Part shown: positions 45,658 to 55,524 of the stretch, one piece after another | How the letters are laid out: each line of letters begins with the position of its first letter | Numbering within the stretch: position 1 is the stretch's first letter | Source: an uncultured Alphaproteobacteria bacterium | Lineage (GTDB): Bacteria > Pseudomonadota > Alphaproteobacteria > Rhizobiales > Afifellaceae | Assembly: GCA_963712925.1 (NCBI GenBank) | Contig: CAVQJW010000023.1 | Span: forward strand, 33,546 to 97,545 | Length of the DNA stretch: 64,000 bases | Direction of reading: 5' to 3' | Position numbers and translations under genes: made by a program | The notes under the pieces: generated by a model | The model's input: only the letters and a program-made list of their open reading frames with translations | What the model was told of the DNA's origin: nothing | Database searches by the model: none

Positions 45658-46770
45658 ATGCGGCGCCGCACCACGCTGAAGGATGTCGCAAGCGCCGCCG
45701 GCGTCCACCTGTCGACGGTGTCGCGTGCGCTCAATCCGCGCACCCAGCACCTGCTGACGCCGACGGTGGTCGCGGAGATTCAGGCGATCAGCCGCAAGCT
45801 CGACTATTATCCGAACGCCGCCGCGCATTCGCTCCGTACCAACCGCACGCGGACGATCGGTATCGTCGTTCCCGACATCACCAATCCGGTGTTTCCGCCG
45901 ATCATCCGCGGCATCGAGGATGCGCTCGCGAAGCGCGGCTATGTCGCGATCCTAGCCAACACGGACGGGCGCCTCGACCAGGAGGCGGAGATCGCCGACG
46001 TACTGCGTGCGCGCGGAGTCGACGGGCTGGTACTTGCGAGCGTGGAGCGCGAGGACAAGGCGGTGTCGCGGCTCGCGGCCGAAGGGCTCCCGATCGTCAC
46101 CGTCAACCGGCGGGTCGACGATCCGCTCGTCTCCTCCGTCGTCAACGACGAAGACTCAGGCATCCTCGAAGTGCTGAAGCATCTCGCGTCGCTCGGCCAC
46201 AAGCGGATCGCGAACCTCGCCGGGCCGCAGGCGATGTCGACCGGCGTTGAGCGCTACCGCGCCTTCGAGCGGCATCGCCATGCGCTTGGCCTCGACGGCG
46301 ACCCGGCGCTCGTGGCTTTCGCTTCGGGCTTCTACGAGGAGCAAGGCATTCAGCACACCGAGGAGCTTCTTTCGCGCCAGGCCGGCTTCACGGCGCTGGT
46401 TGCCGCAAACGACCGTCTGGCGATTGGCGCAATCGCGGCGCTGAGATCGCACGGGCTCGACTGCCCGCGCGACATCTCCGTCACCGGCTATAACGACATG
46501 CCGCTGGTGGACCGCCTGTCGCCGGCGCTGACGACCGTGCGCATCCAGCAATACGAGGTCGGTTTCGAGGCCGGCGGCGTGCTTGTCGATCTGATCGAAT
46601 CGCCGCCCGATGAGCGCCAGCCGAAGCACCTCGTCCTCCCGGTCGAGCTTGTCGTGCGCACGTCGACGGGGCGCCCCGCCACGGCGCGACGAAGCGCGGC
46701 CAGGCGCGCGCACTCCGAAAAGAAAACAACTCCGAGCGGACGGCGCAGCGGGCGAAAAGGCTCCGCCTGA
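45658..46770 (+). CDS. LacI family transcriptional regulator
   Basis: HTH TLKDVASAAGVHLSTVSRALN, followed by a sugar-binding-type domain. This is the only coding-looking part of the 1014-aa ORF 43726-46770. Confidence 0.85.
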   Translation: MRRRTTLKDVASAAGVHLSTVSRALNPRTQHLLTPTVVAEIQAISRKLDYYPNAAAHSLRTNRTRTIGIVVPDITNPVFPPIIRGIEDALAKRGYVAILANTDGRLDQEAEIADVLRARGVDGLVLASVEREDKAVSRLAAEGLPIVTVNRRVDDPLVSSVVNDEDSGILEVLKHLASLGHKRIANLAGPQAMSTGVERYRAFERHRHALGLDGDPALVAFASGFYEEQGIQHTEELLSRQAGFTALVAANDRLAIGAIAALRSHGLDCPRDISVTGYNDMPLVDRLSPALTTVRIQQYEVGFEAGGVLVDLIESPPDERQPKHLVLPVELVVRTSTGRPATARRSAARRAHSEKKTTPSGRRSGRKGSA

Positions 46771-46783
46771 GCTCCCTTTCCGC

Positions 46784-47800
46784 TCAGCTTGCAGCGTGTC
46801 CCTCAGCGTCGAAGAGATGCAGCCGCCCGGCCTCCGGCGCAAGATCGACGCGGCTTCCCTTGCCGTATTTGACCTCGCCCGTGACCCGGGCGATGAGCGG
46901 CTCGAGGCCGTCGACGCGGACGTGCAGATAGGTGTCGCTGCCGAGATGCTCGGCGACGATGACGGTTCCCGACCATTCGCCCTCGCCGTCTGCGAGCTGC
47001 AGGTGCTCCGGCCTGACCCCGACGATGGCGGCTCCGCGCCGCTCGGCCGCGGCACCGCGGATCAAGTTCATCTTGGGGCTGCCTATGAAGCCGGCGACGA
47101 AGATATTGGCGGGGTGCTCGTAGAGATCGAGGGGCGATCCGACCTGCTCGATCCGGCCTTTGTTCAGGACCACGATCTGGTCGGCGAGCGTCATCGCCTC
47201 CACCTGGTCGTGGGTCACGTAGATGGTCGTGGTGCCGAGGCGCGTGCGAAGCTCGGCGATCTCGACGCGCATCTGCGTGCGCAGCGCCGCGTCGAGATTC
47301 GACAGCGGCTCGTCGAACAGGAACACCCTCGGCTCGCGTACGATGGCGCGGCCGATCGCGACGCGCTGCCGCTGCCCGCCGGAGAGCGCCCGCGGCTTGC
47401 GGTCGAGCAGCTCGGTCAGCTGTAGCGTATCGGCTGCAACGCCGACGCGGCGCTTCACCTCCTCGTTCGGCGTCTTGGCGAGGCGCAGTCCGAAGGCAAT
47501 GTTCTCAAACACCGAGAGATGCGGATAGAGCGCGTAGGACTGGAAGACCATGGCGACGCCGCGGTCGATCGGGCGCAAATCCGTCACGTCCTCGCCGCTG
47601 ATCAGGATGCTGCCGGAGGAGACGTTTTCCAGCCCGGCGACAAGGCGAAGCAACGTCGACTTGCCGCAACCCGATGGGCCGACGAACACGGTGAAGGAGC
47701 CGTCCGGCACCTCCAGGTCGATGCCGCCGATCACTTCGACCTTGCCGAAACGCTTGGCGACCTTCTCGAAGCGGACATCAGCCATGGTGCATGTCTCCAC
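46784..47800 (-). CDS. CUT1 sugar ABC transporter ATP-binding protein (MalK/UgpC/MsiK-like), intact
   Basis: [34 protein letters not shown], plus a C-terminal regulatory domain. 338 aa. Confidence 0.9.
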   Translation of the reverse strand: METCTMADVRFEKVAKRFGKVEVIGGIDLEVPDGSFTVFVGPSGCGKSTLLRLVAGLENVSSGSILISGEDVTDLRPIDRGVAMVFQSYALYPHLSVFENIAFGLRLAKTPNEEVKRRVGVAADTLQLTELLDRKPRALSGGQRQRVAIGRAIVREPRVFLFDEPLSNLDAALRTQMRVEIAELRTRLGTTTIYVTHDQVEAMTLADQIVVLNKGRIEQVGSPLDLYEHPANIFVAGFIGSPKMNLIRGAAAERRGAAIVGVRPEHLQLADGEGEWSGTVIVAEHLGSDTYLHVRVDGLEPLIARVTGEVKYGKGSRVDLAPEAGRLHLFDAEGHAAS

Positions 47801-48786
47801 TCACGGAGGTTGTGGGGTTCAAGACCAGTTCGCCGTGCGCACCGAAGCTGACCGGGATCGGATCGGAGAGCGCGCCGACAAAGCTGCCGCCGGGCTGAAA
47901 GCCGATCGTGCCGAGGAAGACCCGGCGCCCGGCGGGGTCGTCAACGACGCGGCCCGCGTAAAGCATGTTCGCGCCGGCGCCGGCGAGGAATGGGCCCTCT
48001 CCGAGCCGCCAAGGGCCGTTCGCGCTGTCAGCGACATAATAGTGCGTGCCTGTCTCCGGCTCGTTGCCGCTCTTGGCAAGGTGCACCCACCGCGCCTTCG
48101 AGGTTCGCCGCACCGACGTGCAGAAGAGCAGGTAGGCGCGGCCGCCATGCTCGAAATATTGCGGCACCTCGCACTCGCCGAAGTCGCCGGGCGGCGTCAC
48201 CGGCGGCTCCACCTGCCAGTGAACGAGATCGTCTGAACGCGCCGTTCCGATGACGCCGCGTCCGTCCGCCGGACCTTGCCTGACGCGCGCCGTGAACCAC
48301 ATGCGAAAGCCCGGCCCTGCGGGATCGGGCATCACCCAGGGGTCGCGGAGCGCCCGGTCGTGCCAGGAGGCCGGATCGTACTCCTCGTAGAATCGCGGAT
48401 CGAGATCGACGACGGGATTGTCGGCGTGACGCTGCCAGGTGGTGAGGTCGGGCGAGGTGGCAAGCCCGATCCGCTGCTTGCGGCACTCGTCCGCATTCGA
48501 GGTGCCGGTATAGAAGAAGTGCCAGACACTCGCGTGGCGGATGATCGAGCCGGTCCAGGTCGTGCAGTCGTCCCAGGCGGGCGGACTCGGCCGGGCGGAA
48601 GCACTCGCCGAGCAGCGTCCAGCGGCGAAGGTCGGTCGACACCGCATGCCCGATCGTCACGTGCCAATGGCGGAGCTCCGGGTCGCCCACCGACTTCGGC
48701 GCCTGCAGGAAGAACAGGTGATAGTCGGCGCCGTCGCGCGCGATCCAAAAATCCCAGATCCAACGGTCGTCGAGCTTGAGCGCCAT
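47778..48786 (-). pseudogene. GH-J clan (GH32/GH68-like) beta-fructosidase-type glycoside hydrolase, frameshifted near 48575-48600
   Basis: The N-terminal part in ORF 48028-48786 has DDRWIWDFWIA..HLFFLQAP. The rest, in ORF 47778-48647, has WTGSII, ALRDPWV (RDP motif) and GECEVPQ (EC motif). Confidence 0.7.
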
Positions 48787-48804
48787 ACCTGCCTGCTTCC
48801 CTTC

Positions 48805-49657
48805 TCAACCTTTGACCGCGCTGCCCACGACCGACTGAATGAACCAGCGCTGGAAGCCGAGATAGGCAATGAGCACCGGCAGCGACATCATGACCGAGAA
48901 CGCCATCTGCGGTCCCCATTGCGGCGGCGGTGTCGTGAAGAACTGCGCGAGCGCCAGCGAGACGGGCCGCACCTCCGGCCCGCGCGTCACCATCAGCGGC
49001 CAGAGATAGGCGTTCCAGAATTCGAGGCTCTGCAGGATCGCGACGGTGGCGATCACCGGCAGGCTCGAGCGGCAGCACCAGCTTGCGATAGATCTGGAAG
49101 GGCGAGGCGCCATCAAGGTAGGCGGCCTCGTCGAGGTCCTTCGGCAGCTTGGTGAAGAACTGATAGAACAGGAAGATCGAAAGCGGGTGCGCGATGAACG
49201 GCACGATCTGCGCCTGATAGGTGTCGAGCCAGCCGACGCGGTTGACCATCAGGAGCAGCGGCACGACCAGCGCCTCGACCGGGATGATCATCAAGCGCGA
49301 CGATGATGCCGAGCACCAGCGTGCGCCCGCCGAAGCGCAGGCGCGAGAGCGCGAAGGCGCAGAGCGAGTTGGCGAAGATGCCGAGCACCACGATCGAGAA
49401 GACGATGAGCGACCGAGTTGAACATGAAGCGCAGGAACGGCGCCTGCTTGTCGGCGAGCACGGTCGCGGTAGTTGTCGAGCGAGGCGTCGGGCGGCGCCA
49501 CCCAGAAGGCGCGAAAGCCGCCGAGATCGACCAGGATCTGCTGCGGGTCGCCCTTCAGCGACGTGGCGAACATCAGCGCCAGCGGCCCAAGCACGATCAA
49601 GCGTCACGATCAAGCGCGATGAGGATGCGGCCGATGATCTCGGTGCGCGTCGCTCAC
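48805..49657 (-). pseudogene. CUT1 permease (MalG-like), at least 5 frame changes
   Basis: Fragments lie in three frames: ..IVLGPLALMFATSLK..; LIVFSIVVLGIFANSLCAFALSRLRFGG..; MIIPVEALVVPLLLMVNRVGWLDTYQAQIVPF..DEAAYLDGASPFQIY; and LPVIATVAILQSLEFWNAYLWPL..VKG*. Confidence 0.7.
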
Positions 49658-50627
49658 GTGACTTCCTCCTCGGAGCTTGAGAAGAGCGGCGCTGCACGAG
49701 GCTGACGCAGAAGCACGATCGACGAAGAAGACGACCGCCGTCGCCGCGGCGAAGCCGACGCGCCCGCGGCGGAACCCGACCTCGTAGAGGTAGTGCACGA
49801 CGGTCGTTGGTGGCGCCCTGCGGTCCGCCCTGCGTCAGGATGTTCACCTGGGTGAAGATCTTGAAGGCGAGGATGGTCGTGGTGACGATGACGAAGACAT
49901 GCGTGTTCCGGAGCGACGGCATGGTCACGTTCCAGAACTCCTGCCAGCGCGTCGCGCCGTCGACCTCGCGCCGCCTCGTAGAGCTCCGGATTGATCGACT
50001 GCAGCCCGGCCAGGTAGATCACCATCTGGAAGCCGAAACCCTGCCAGGCTGACAGGAGCACGATCGCCGGCAGCGCCGTGTAGGGGTTCCTGAGCCAGTC
50101 GACCGGCTCGATCTGGCCGAAGGTCACCAGCGCTGAGCACAGGTTGAAGAAGCCATCGATCTTGAGCATCGAGAACCAGACGACGCAGACGACGACGATG
50201 GTGATGACCGTCGGCAGGAAGAAGATGCCGCGGAAGACGTTGCGCGCCGGGAGCTGGGAATTGATCAGCATCGCGAGCGCCAGCGCGATCGCCGTCTGGA
50301 ACGGCACGACGAGCAGCGGCGAAGAGGAAGGTGTTCAGAACGACTGGCGAAAATTCGGATCGGCGAAAAGCCGCACATAGTTGGTGACGCCGATGAAGCG
50401 CGTCGGCAGGTTGGGATTGGGAACCAGCCGCTGATCGGTGAAGGACAGCACGATCGCGAGCGCGAAGGGCACGACGATGAAGAGCGTGCCGAGCAGAAGC
50501 GCCGGCGCGATCAGACAGCCAGGCGGCGCGCCGTTCAAGGCGTTCCGGTCCTAGTGTCGGGCATGGCGTGCCATTGATCCCGGTTGAGGCGGCCGGGGCA
50601 GGACCGCGAGCGCCGACCGCCCGCCAT
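49654..50627 (-). pseudogene. CUT1 permease (MalF-like), at least 3 frame changes plus an in-frame TGA at 50335-50337
   Basis: Fragments: ..LIAPALLLGTLFIVVPFALAIVLSFTDQ..FRQSF*; ..VVPFQTAIALALAMLIN..SAWQGFGFQMVIYLAGLQSINPELYEAA; TMPSLRNTHVFVIVTTTILAFKIF; and HYLYEVGFRRGRVGFAAATAVVFF. The start is uncertain. Confidence 0.65.
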
Positions 50628-50638
50628 GGAGGGGCGAC

Positions 50639-51928
50639 CTACTGCGATCGCGAGAAGGGCGGATAGCCCTGGTTGTCCTCGATGTCCTGGTCGATCGTCG
50701 CGCGCCGCCTGTGTCAGCGCGCCGGCAACGTCGGCGCCGTCGATCGTGTCGGCGATGACCTGCGCAAAGGCCGAGGTGATCGTCGGATACGCCGGATGCA
50801 CCGGCCGCGGCACCGCGATCGTGTTGAGCTGATCGACGAAGAGGCGGAGCGCCCCGCCCTCCTTGTAGAGGTCGGACTTGGCGATCGCCGTCTTGGTGCC
50901 CGGGACCGCGCCGTTGCGGTTGGTGAGCGGCAGGATCTCGTCGTCGGCGAGCAGGAACTCAAGCAGCTTGCCGGTCGCCTCCTTGTGGGTGGAGGTGGCG
51001 GTGATGCCCCAGCACCAGGAGCCCATGCCGGTCGCCTGCTTGTCGCCGAATTTCGGCACCGGGAGCAGCACGAGGTCGTCGCCGAGCCCCTCATGATGCG
51101 GCGTCCACATCCAGTGGCCGACGAAGGCGAGCGCGGAGTTCTTCTTGCCGTAGAGGGAGTCGTCGCCGGCCGAGGCGGGAACGACGTAGCCCTTCTTCAC
51201 CCAGTCTCTGGAAGTGCGTCATGCCATCGACCGCGCCGGCAGAGTTGAGCGTGCCGGTGGCCTTCCAGGTGTCGCGGTTGATGAGGTCGGCGCCCATCCG
51301 ACTGGATGATCGGCGAGAAGCCATAGGTGTACCACTCGCCCTTGCCGTAGCTGAGCTTGAGGTCGATCGCGTATTCGACCTCCGGCAGCGCCTGCAGCTT
51401 GGCGAGCGCGTCCTCGAACTCCGCCATCGTCCAGGCGTCGTCGACCTCGTCGGGATGCGCACGCCGGCCTTGTCGAGGTAGGCCTTGTTGCCCCAGATGG
51501 CGAGGCCGGAATCGAACTGGCCGAGCGAGTAGAGCTTGCCGTCCGGCGGATAGGTGCCCTGCGCGATCAGCGAAGGGATCTCGTTGTCGATCGTCGCCTG
51601 CGAGACGATGTCGTTGAGCGGCGCGAGGTAGCCCGACCACGCGTAGTTGGCGTAGTTCGGCCCGTCGAAATCGAGCAGGTCAGGCAGGTCGCCGGCAAGG
51701 GCCGCCGCCTGGACCTGCTCGTTGTATGAGCCCTCCGGCAGGAGCACGAGCTCCGCCTGCATGTCCGGGATGCATCGCGTTCCATTCGTCGATGGCGTTG
51801 GCGATCTTCCTCGCGCTCGCCGTCGCCGCGGCCGCCGTGGTGCCAGACCTTGATCGTGTCGCGGCGCCGCGAGCGCCGCCGAGCGCGAGCAGCGTCGCAC
51901 CCGTCAGAAGCAACGTTGTCAGTCTCAT
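50639..51928 (-). pseudogene. CUT1 solute-binding protein, about 7 frame changes
   Basis: ATG 51928 follows GGGAGG (MRLTTLLLTGATLLALGGA). The pieces DTIKVWHHGG / KIANAIDEWN / DMQAELVLLPEGSYNEQV.. / DEVDDAWTMAEFEDAL.. / MGADLINRDTW.. / KKGYVVPASAGDD..WMWTPHHEG.. / TIDQDIEDNQGYPPFSRSQ* alternate between frames. Confidence 0.7.
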
Positions 51929-51964
51929 CCAGTTCCTCCCTTTTCTCATTCTTTGGGTGTCTTT

Positions 51965-53016
51965 GCTCATGCGACGGCGGCGCGCCGGCACCGCCGCCGT
52001 CGACGCGCGGTGCGACAGCGGGCCCTCGACGCGGATCAGTCTCGCGCTGCGGGCGCGCCGGATAGCGATGTGCTGGAGAAGCAGGTCGGCGGCGACCCGC
52101 CCCATCTGCTGATAGGGGAGCGCGACGGTCGTGAGCGCCGGCCGCAGCGCCTTCGGAGAAGAGGCGGTAGTCGTCGTAGCCGACGACGGAGAGCGCATCG
52201 GGAATGCGCAGGCCGAGCGCCGCGGCGGCGTTGTAGACCTGCAGCGCCATCTCGTCGTTGCCGCAGAAGATGGCGGTCGGACGGTCGCGCGCGAGCAAGC
52301 AGCCTGCGCGCCGCTTCGAAAGCCTCCTGCTGGTCGAAGTGCACGGCGTGGGTCTGCGCCGGTCGCGACGAGGTCGTCGGGAAAGGCGACGCCGGCCTCG
52401 GCGAAGGCGCGCGCGCAGTCCGGCACAGCCGCAGCCGCGTCGCCTCGATGCCCGGCCACAAGGTGAGATAGGCGATGCGCCGATGGCCGAGCGCAGAGCA
52501 GATGCTCGCCGACCGCGTGGCCGCCCTCCTCGTCGTCGGGGAGCACGGTCGGCACCTCCGCGACGCGCGTGAAGCAGTTGACCAGCACCCGGGGGCCGAT
52601 GTTGACGCTGCCGAACTCGTCGGCCTGGCGGTGATACATCGCCGCGAAGACGATCGCCCTCCACGCGGCTCGCGCGGAAGCGTGCGCAGGATCGCGCGGC
52701 AGATCGTCGGGGCGGTTCTCGGTGTTGCCGATCAGGAGCGACATGCCGCGGCTCGCGAGCGCGTCCTCGACGCCGCGAATGATGTCGACCGAGTAGGGGG
52801 TGGTGGCGATGACGTCGGTCAGGAAGCCGACGACGCCGGAGCGCCCGGAGCGCATGGCGCGCGCCCGCTGGTCGGGCACGAAGTTCAGCTCTTCCGCTGC
52901 GGCAACGACCCGCTCGCGCGTCGCGGCGTGCGACGGCAGTCCGGCTCGTTCATGACGCGCGAGACGGTCTTGATCGACACGCCCGCCCGCGCCGCGACCG
53001 TTTTTATGGTCGTCAA
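51965..53016 (-). pseudogene. LacI family regulator, multiple frame changes
   Basis: TTG 53016 follows GGAGG (MTTIKTVAARAGVSIKTVSRVMNEPD). A frame change then leads to ..ATRERVVAAAEELNFVPDQRARAMRSGRSG... Later pieces (FCGNDEMALQVYNAAAALGLRIPDALSVVGYDD; LTTVALPYQQMGRVAADLLL) are in different frames. The 3' end is approximate. Confidence 0.65.
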
Positions 53017-53048
53017 GCCTGGCTCCTCCCGCACTAAGGATGACTCGA

Positions 53049-53064
53049 TTGACAACGTTGTCAA
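53049..53064. promoter_or_regulatory. perfect 16-bp LacI-type operator palindrome TTGACAACGTTGTCAA
   Basis: It lies 33 nt upstream of the decayed LacI gene start. An extra half-site ACGTTGTCA lies at 53078-53086. Confidence 0.55.
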
Positions 53065-53198
53065 CCGTAATGTCCTACGTTGTCATTCGTGCGTTGCGTG
53101 CCGGAGGACAGATTCTCGCGGCAAGGCGAGTTGCAGGCCGGAGCGCGCGGTGCGGAACTCGGTGGATCGAAGGTTTAGAAGAAGAGCGAGGATTCGGC

Positions 53199-54107
53199 CT
53201 AGTTCGCGACCTCTTCAAGAATTGCCGCCGGCAGGCCATCCCAGACGTCGTCGGGCTCAAGCGCGCGCGGCAGCAGCCCCTGCCCGGCGGCATAACGCAG
53301 TGCAAGGTCGATCGCCGGCCGCAGCGCCGCTCGCCCGAACGGCACGGTACGGCCCGACGCAGTCAAGAGCGCCTGCACCGCCACCAAGAGCGACGCGACC
53401 GCCCGCGGCTCGGCCTCAAGCGTCGCGCGGCGCGCGACGACCATGTGGTTGACCGGCACAAAGCCGTGCTTCGCGAAGAAGCTTTCGCCCGCCGCCCTCG
53501 GGTCGGGGAAAACTGTGCGAAAACCGTCGGGAACCTCGTTGCCGACGATCACCGCGTCGAGCGCGCCGGCGCGCAGCATCTCCAGCATGTCGCTCCCCGC
53601 CTCTGTGCGCTCGGTGAAGGGCGGATCGGAATATTCGGCGACATGCGCAGCCTCGAAGGTGACCCAGTGCACGTCCTCCGGCGTCACGCCGAAATCGTCG
53701 GCAAGAATGCCGCGGAGCCAGATGCCGGTGGTCTGGCTGTAGGCGCGGACGCCGATCCGTTTCCCGACGAGATCGGCCGGCCCGCGGATCGTCGCGTCGT
53801 CGGCGCGGCAGAGCAGTGCCTGCTCCTGAAAGCGGGTCGCAACCGCGATCGGCAGGAGCACGAGCGGCTTGCCGTAGGCCTTGGCCTGCAGAAACGTGAC
53901 CAGCGCCAGCTCCGAGATGTCGAAGCGAAGCTCGCGCACCATCGGCGCGAAGGCGCGGTTGACCGGCTTGATGTCGGCGAAATCGAAGCGGACCGCGCCG
54001 GAGGCGTTGAGACGCGTGCGGAAAGCCCGGTCCTGCCCATAGGCGCCGAGCGCGACGCTGAGTGTGGTCGCGTCCGGGCGCGGCGCGGCGGCACCGTCCG
54101 CCGTCAC
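53199..54107 (-). CDS. 4,5-dihydroxyphthalate decarboxylase-like protein (cytoplasmic NMT1/SsuA-fold)
   Basis: GTG 54107 follows GGAGGA and overlaps the upstream TAG by 1 nt. No signal peptide. Contains FDISELALVTFLQAKAYG..LLPIAV and GKRIGVRAYSQTTGIWLRGILADDFGVTPEDVHWVTF. Confidence 0.65.
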   Translation of the reverse strand: MTADGAAAPRPDATTLSVALGAYGQDRAFRTRLNASGAVRFDFADIKPVNRAFAPMVRELRFDISELALVTFLQAKAYGKPLVLLPIAVATRFQEQALLCRADDATIRGPADLVGKRIGVRAYSQTTGIWLRGILADDFGVTPEDVHWVTFEAAHVAEYSDPPFTERTEAGSDMLEMLRAGALDAVIVGNEVPDGFRTVFPDPRAAGESFFAKHGFVPVNHMVVARRATLEAEPRAVASLLVAVQALLTASGRTVPFGRAALRPAIDLALRYAAGQGLLPRALEPDDVWDGLPAAILEEVAN

Positions 54108-54796
54108 TACGAGGAGTCCTCCGACTTCCGGTAGACGAGCCCCTTCGCCTTCAGCCTGTCGCGCATGCCGTAGAGGTCGAGGCCAAGCTCGCCGGCCTTG
54201 AGCCGCGCACGCGTCTCCTCTTCCTTTGTCTCGCGCGCCGCGCTCTTCTGAAGCACCGCTTCGGCATCGCACCGCGCCACGATGACGACGCCGTCGTCGT
54301 CGGCGATGACGAGGTCGCCAGGATGGACGAGTTGGCCGGCGCAGACGAGCGGGAGATTGACCGACCCGAGCGTCTCCTTGACGGTGCCCTCGGCTGAGAC
54401 CGCCTTCGACCAGACGGGAAACGTCATCTCCGTCAGCGCCGCGACGTCGCGGACGCCCGCTTCGATGACGAGACCGAGCACGCCGCGCGTCGCGAGCGAC
54501 GTGGCAAGAAGCTCGCCGAAATAGCCCTGCCCGCTCGGCGAGGTCGGCGCGACGACGAGCACGTCGCCCGCGCGGCATTGCTCCACCGCGACATGCAGCA
54601 TCCAATTGTCGCCGGGCGGAATGGAGACGGTGACCGCGCTGCCTTCGATCTTCGCACCGGGATAAATCGGCCGCATGTAGGGAAGCAGAAGCCCCTTCCG
54701 CCCCTGCGCCTCATGCACCGTGGCAACGCCGAACGGTTGGAAGCGTTTCGCAAGATCAGGCCCAACGCGCGGCGCATCGGTTATGACGACGCTCAC
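54107..54796 (-). CDS. ligK: 4-carboxy-4-hydroxy-2-oxoadipate aldolase / oxaloacetate decarboxylase (RraA-fold, LigK/GalC type)
   Basis: GVATVHEAQGRKGLL.PYMRPIY.GAKI.GSAVTVS.PPGDNWMLHVA and GVRDVAALTEM.FPVWSKA.SA.GTVKETLGSVN. 229 aa. Confidence 0.88.
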   Translation of the reverse strand: MSVVITDAPRVGPDLAKRFQPFGVATVHEAQGRKGLLLPYMRPIYPGAKIEGSAVTVSIPPGDNWMLHVAVEQCRAGDVLVVAPTSPSGQGYFGELLATSLATRGVLGLVIEAGVRDVAALTEMTFPVWSKAVSAEGTVKETLGSVNLPLVCAGQLVHPGDLVIADDDGVVIVARCDAEAVLQKSAARETKEEETRARLKAGELGLDLYGMRDRLKAKGLVYRKSEDSS

Positions 54797-55521
54797 GGCA
54801 GAAGATCCGTCACGACATGCGGGAAGACCGCCTCATAGGCTTCGCCATAGGTGATCTTTTTGCCGGAATTCCGCGCCGCCTGCGCACCACGTTGCAGAGC
54901 GACGCGGGTGTAGTATTCCCAAAGGTGCTCCTGCCCCGCCATGCACTCGATCGCGGCGCGCTTCTTCTCCCAGACGAGGGAGATGTCGAGGAGCACGTTC
55001 GGCATCCAGCGGCATTGCTCCGGCTGATGCGGCTCGAACAGGAAGACGGGCGGCGCGCCGAGCACCGGGCCTTCGCCGGGCTTGTGGCCATGCGCCTGCG
55101 CGACGATGCGGGCTTCCTGCGCGAACTGGCTGACCAACGGATGGTCACGGTTATAGGGGTCCTCGCGCGAATGGGTGAGGACGAAGGCCGGGCGTATCGC
55201 GCGATAAAGATCGACCAGCCGGTCGAATGCGTCGCGCGGCAGGCCGATCGGATAATCGCCAAGGTCCCAGAACTGGATATCGGCGACGCCCAATGCCTTC
55301 GCGGCGGCCTCCGCCTCCCGCTGCCGCTCGCTCTTCACCTTTTCAAGCGTCATGCTCGGCTGGCGCCAGAGTTTTGCCGACTCCCCGCGCTCGCCGTAGG
55401 AGAGGCAGACCACGGTCACCGCCACGCCCGCTTCGGCATGCAGCGCGATGGCGCCACCGGCGCGCCACACGAAATCGGCAGAGTGTGCGCTGGCGACGAG
55501 CGCGGTCTTCTCGGCTGCCAC
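54793..55521 (-). CDS. galB: PIG-L/LmbE-fold hydratase, 4-oxalomesaconate hydratase (GalB)-like
   Basis: TALVASAHSADFVWRAGGAIALHAEAG..VVCLSYGERGESAKLWR; CMAGQEHLWEYYTRVALQRG. 4-nt overlap with the downstream aldolase. Confidence 0.75.
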   Translation of the reverse strand: MAAEKTALVASAHSADFVWRAGGAIALHAEAGVAVTVVCLSYGERGESAKLWRQPSMTLEKVKSERQREAEAAAKALGVADIQFWDLGDYPIGLPRDAFDRLVDLYRAIRPAFVLTHSREDPYNRDHPLVSQFAQEARIVAQAHGHKPGEGPVLGAPPVFLFEPHQPEQCRWMPNVLLDISLVWEKKRAAIECMAGQEHLWEYYTRVALQRGAQAARNSGKKITYGEAYEAVFPHVVTDLLP

Positions 55522-55524
55522 GTT

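Noticed and set aside
43726-46770. 1014-aa plus-strand ORF, the longest in the track
   Set aside because: Only its last ~370 codons (from ATG 45658) look like a protein (LacI family). The first 640 codons are antisense to the clearly coding dehydrogenase and M24 genes. They have the Arg/Ala/Gly/Pro-rich composition typical of spurious ORFs in high-GC DNA.
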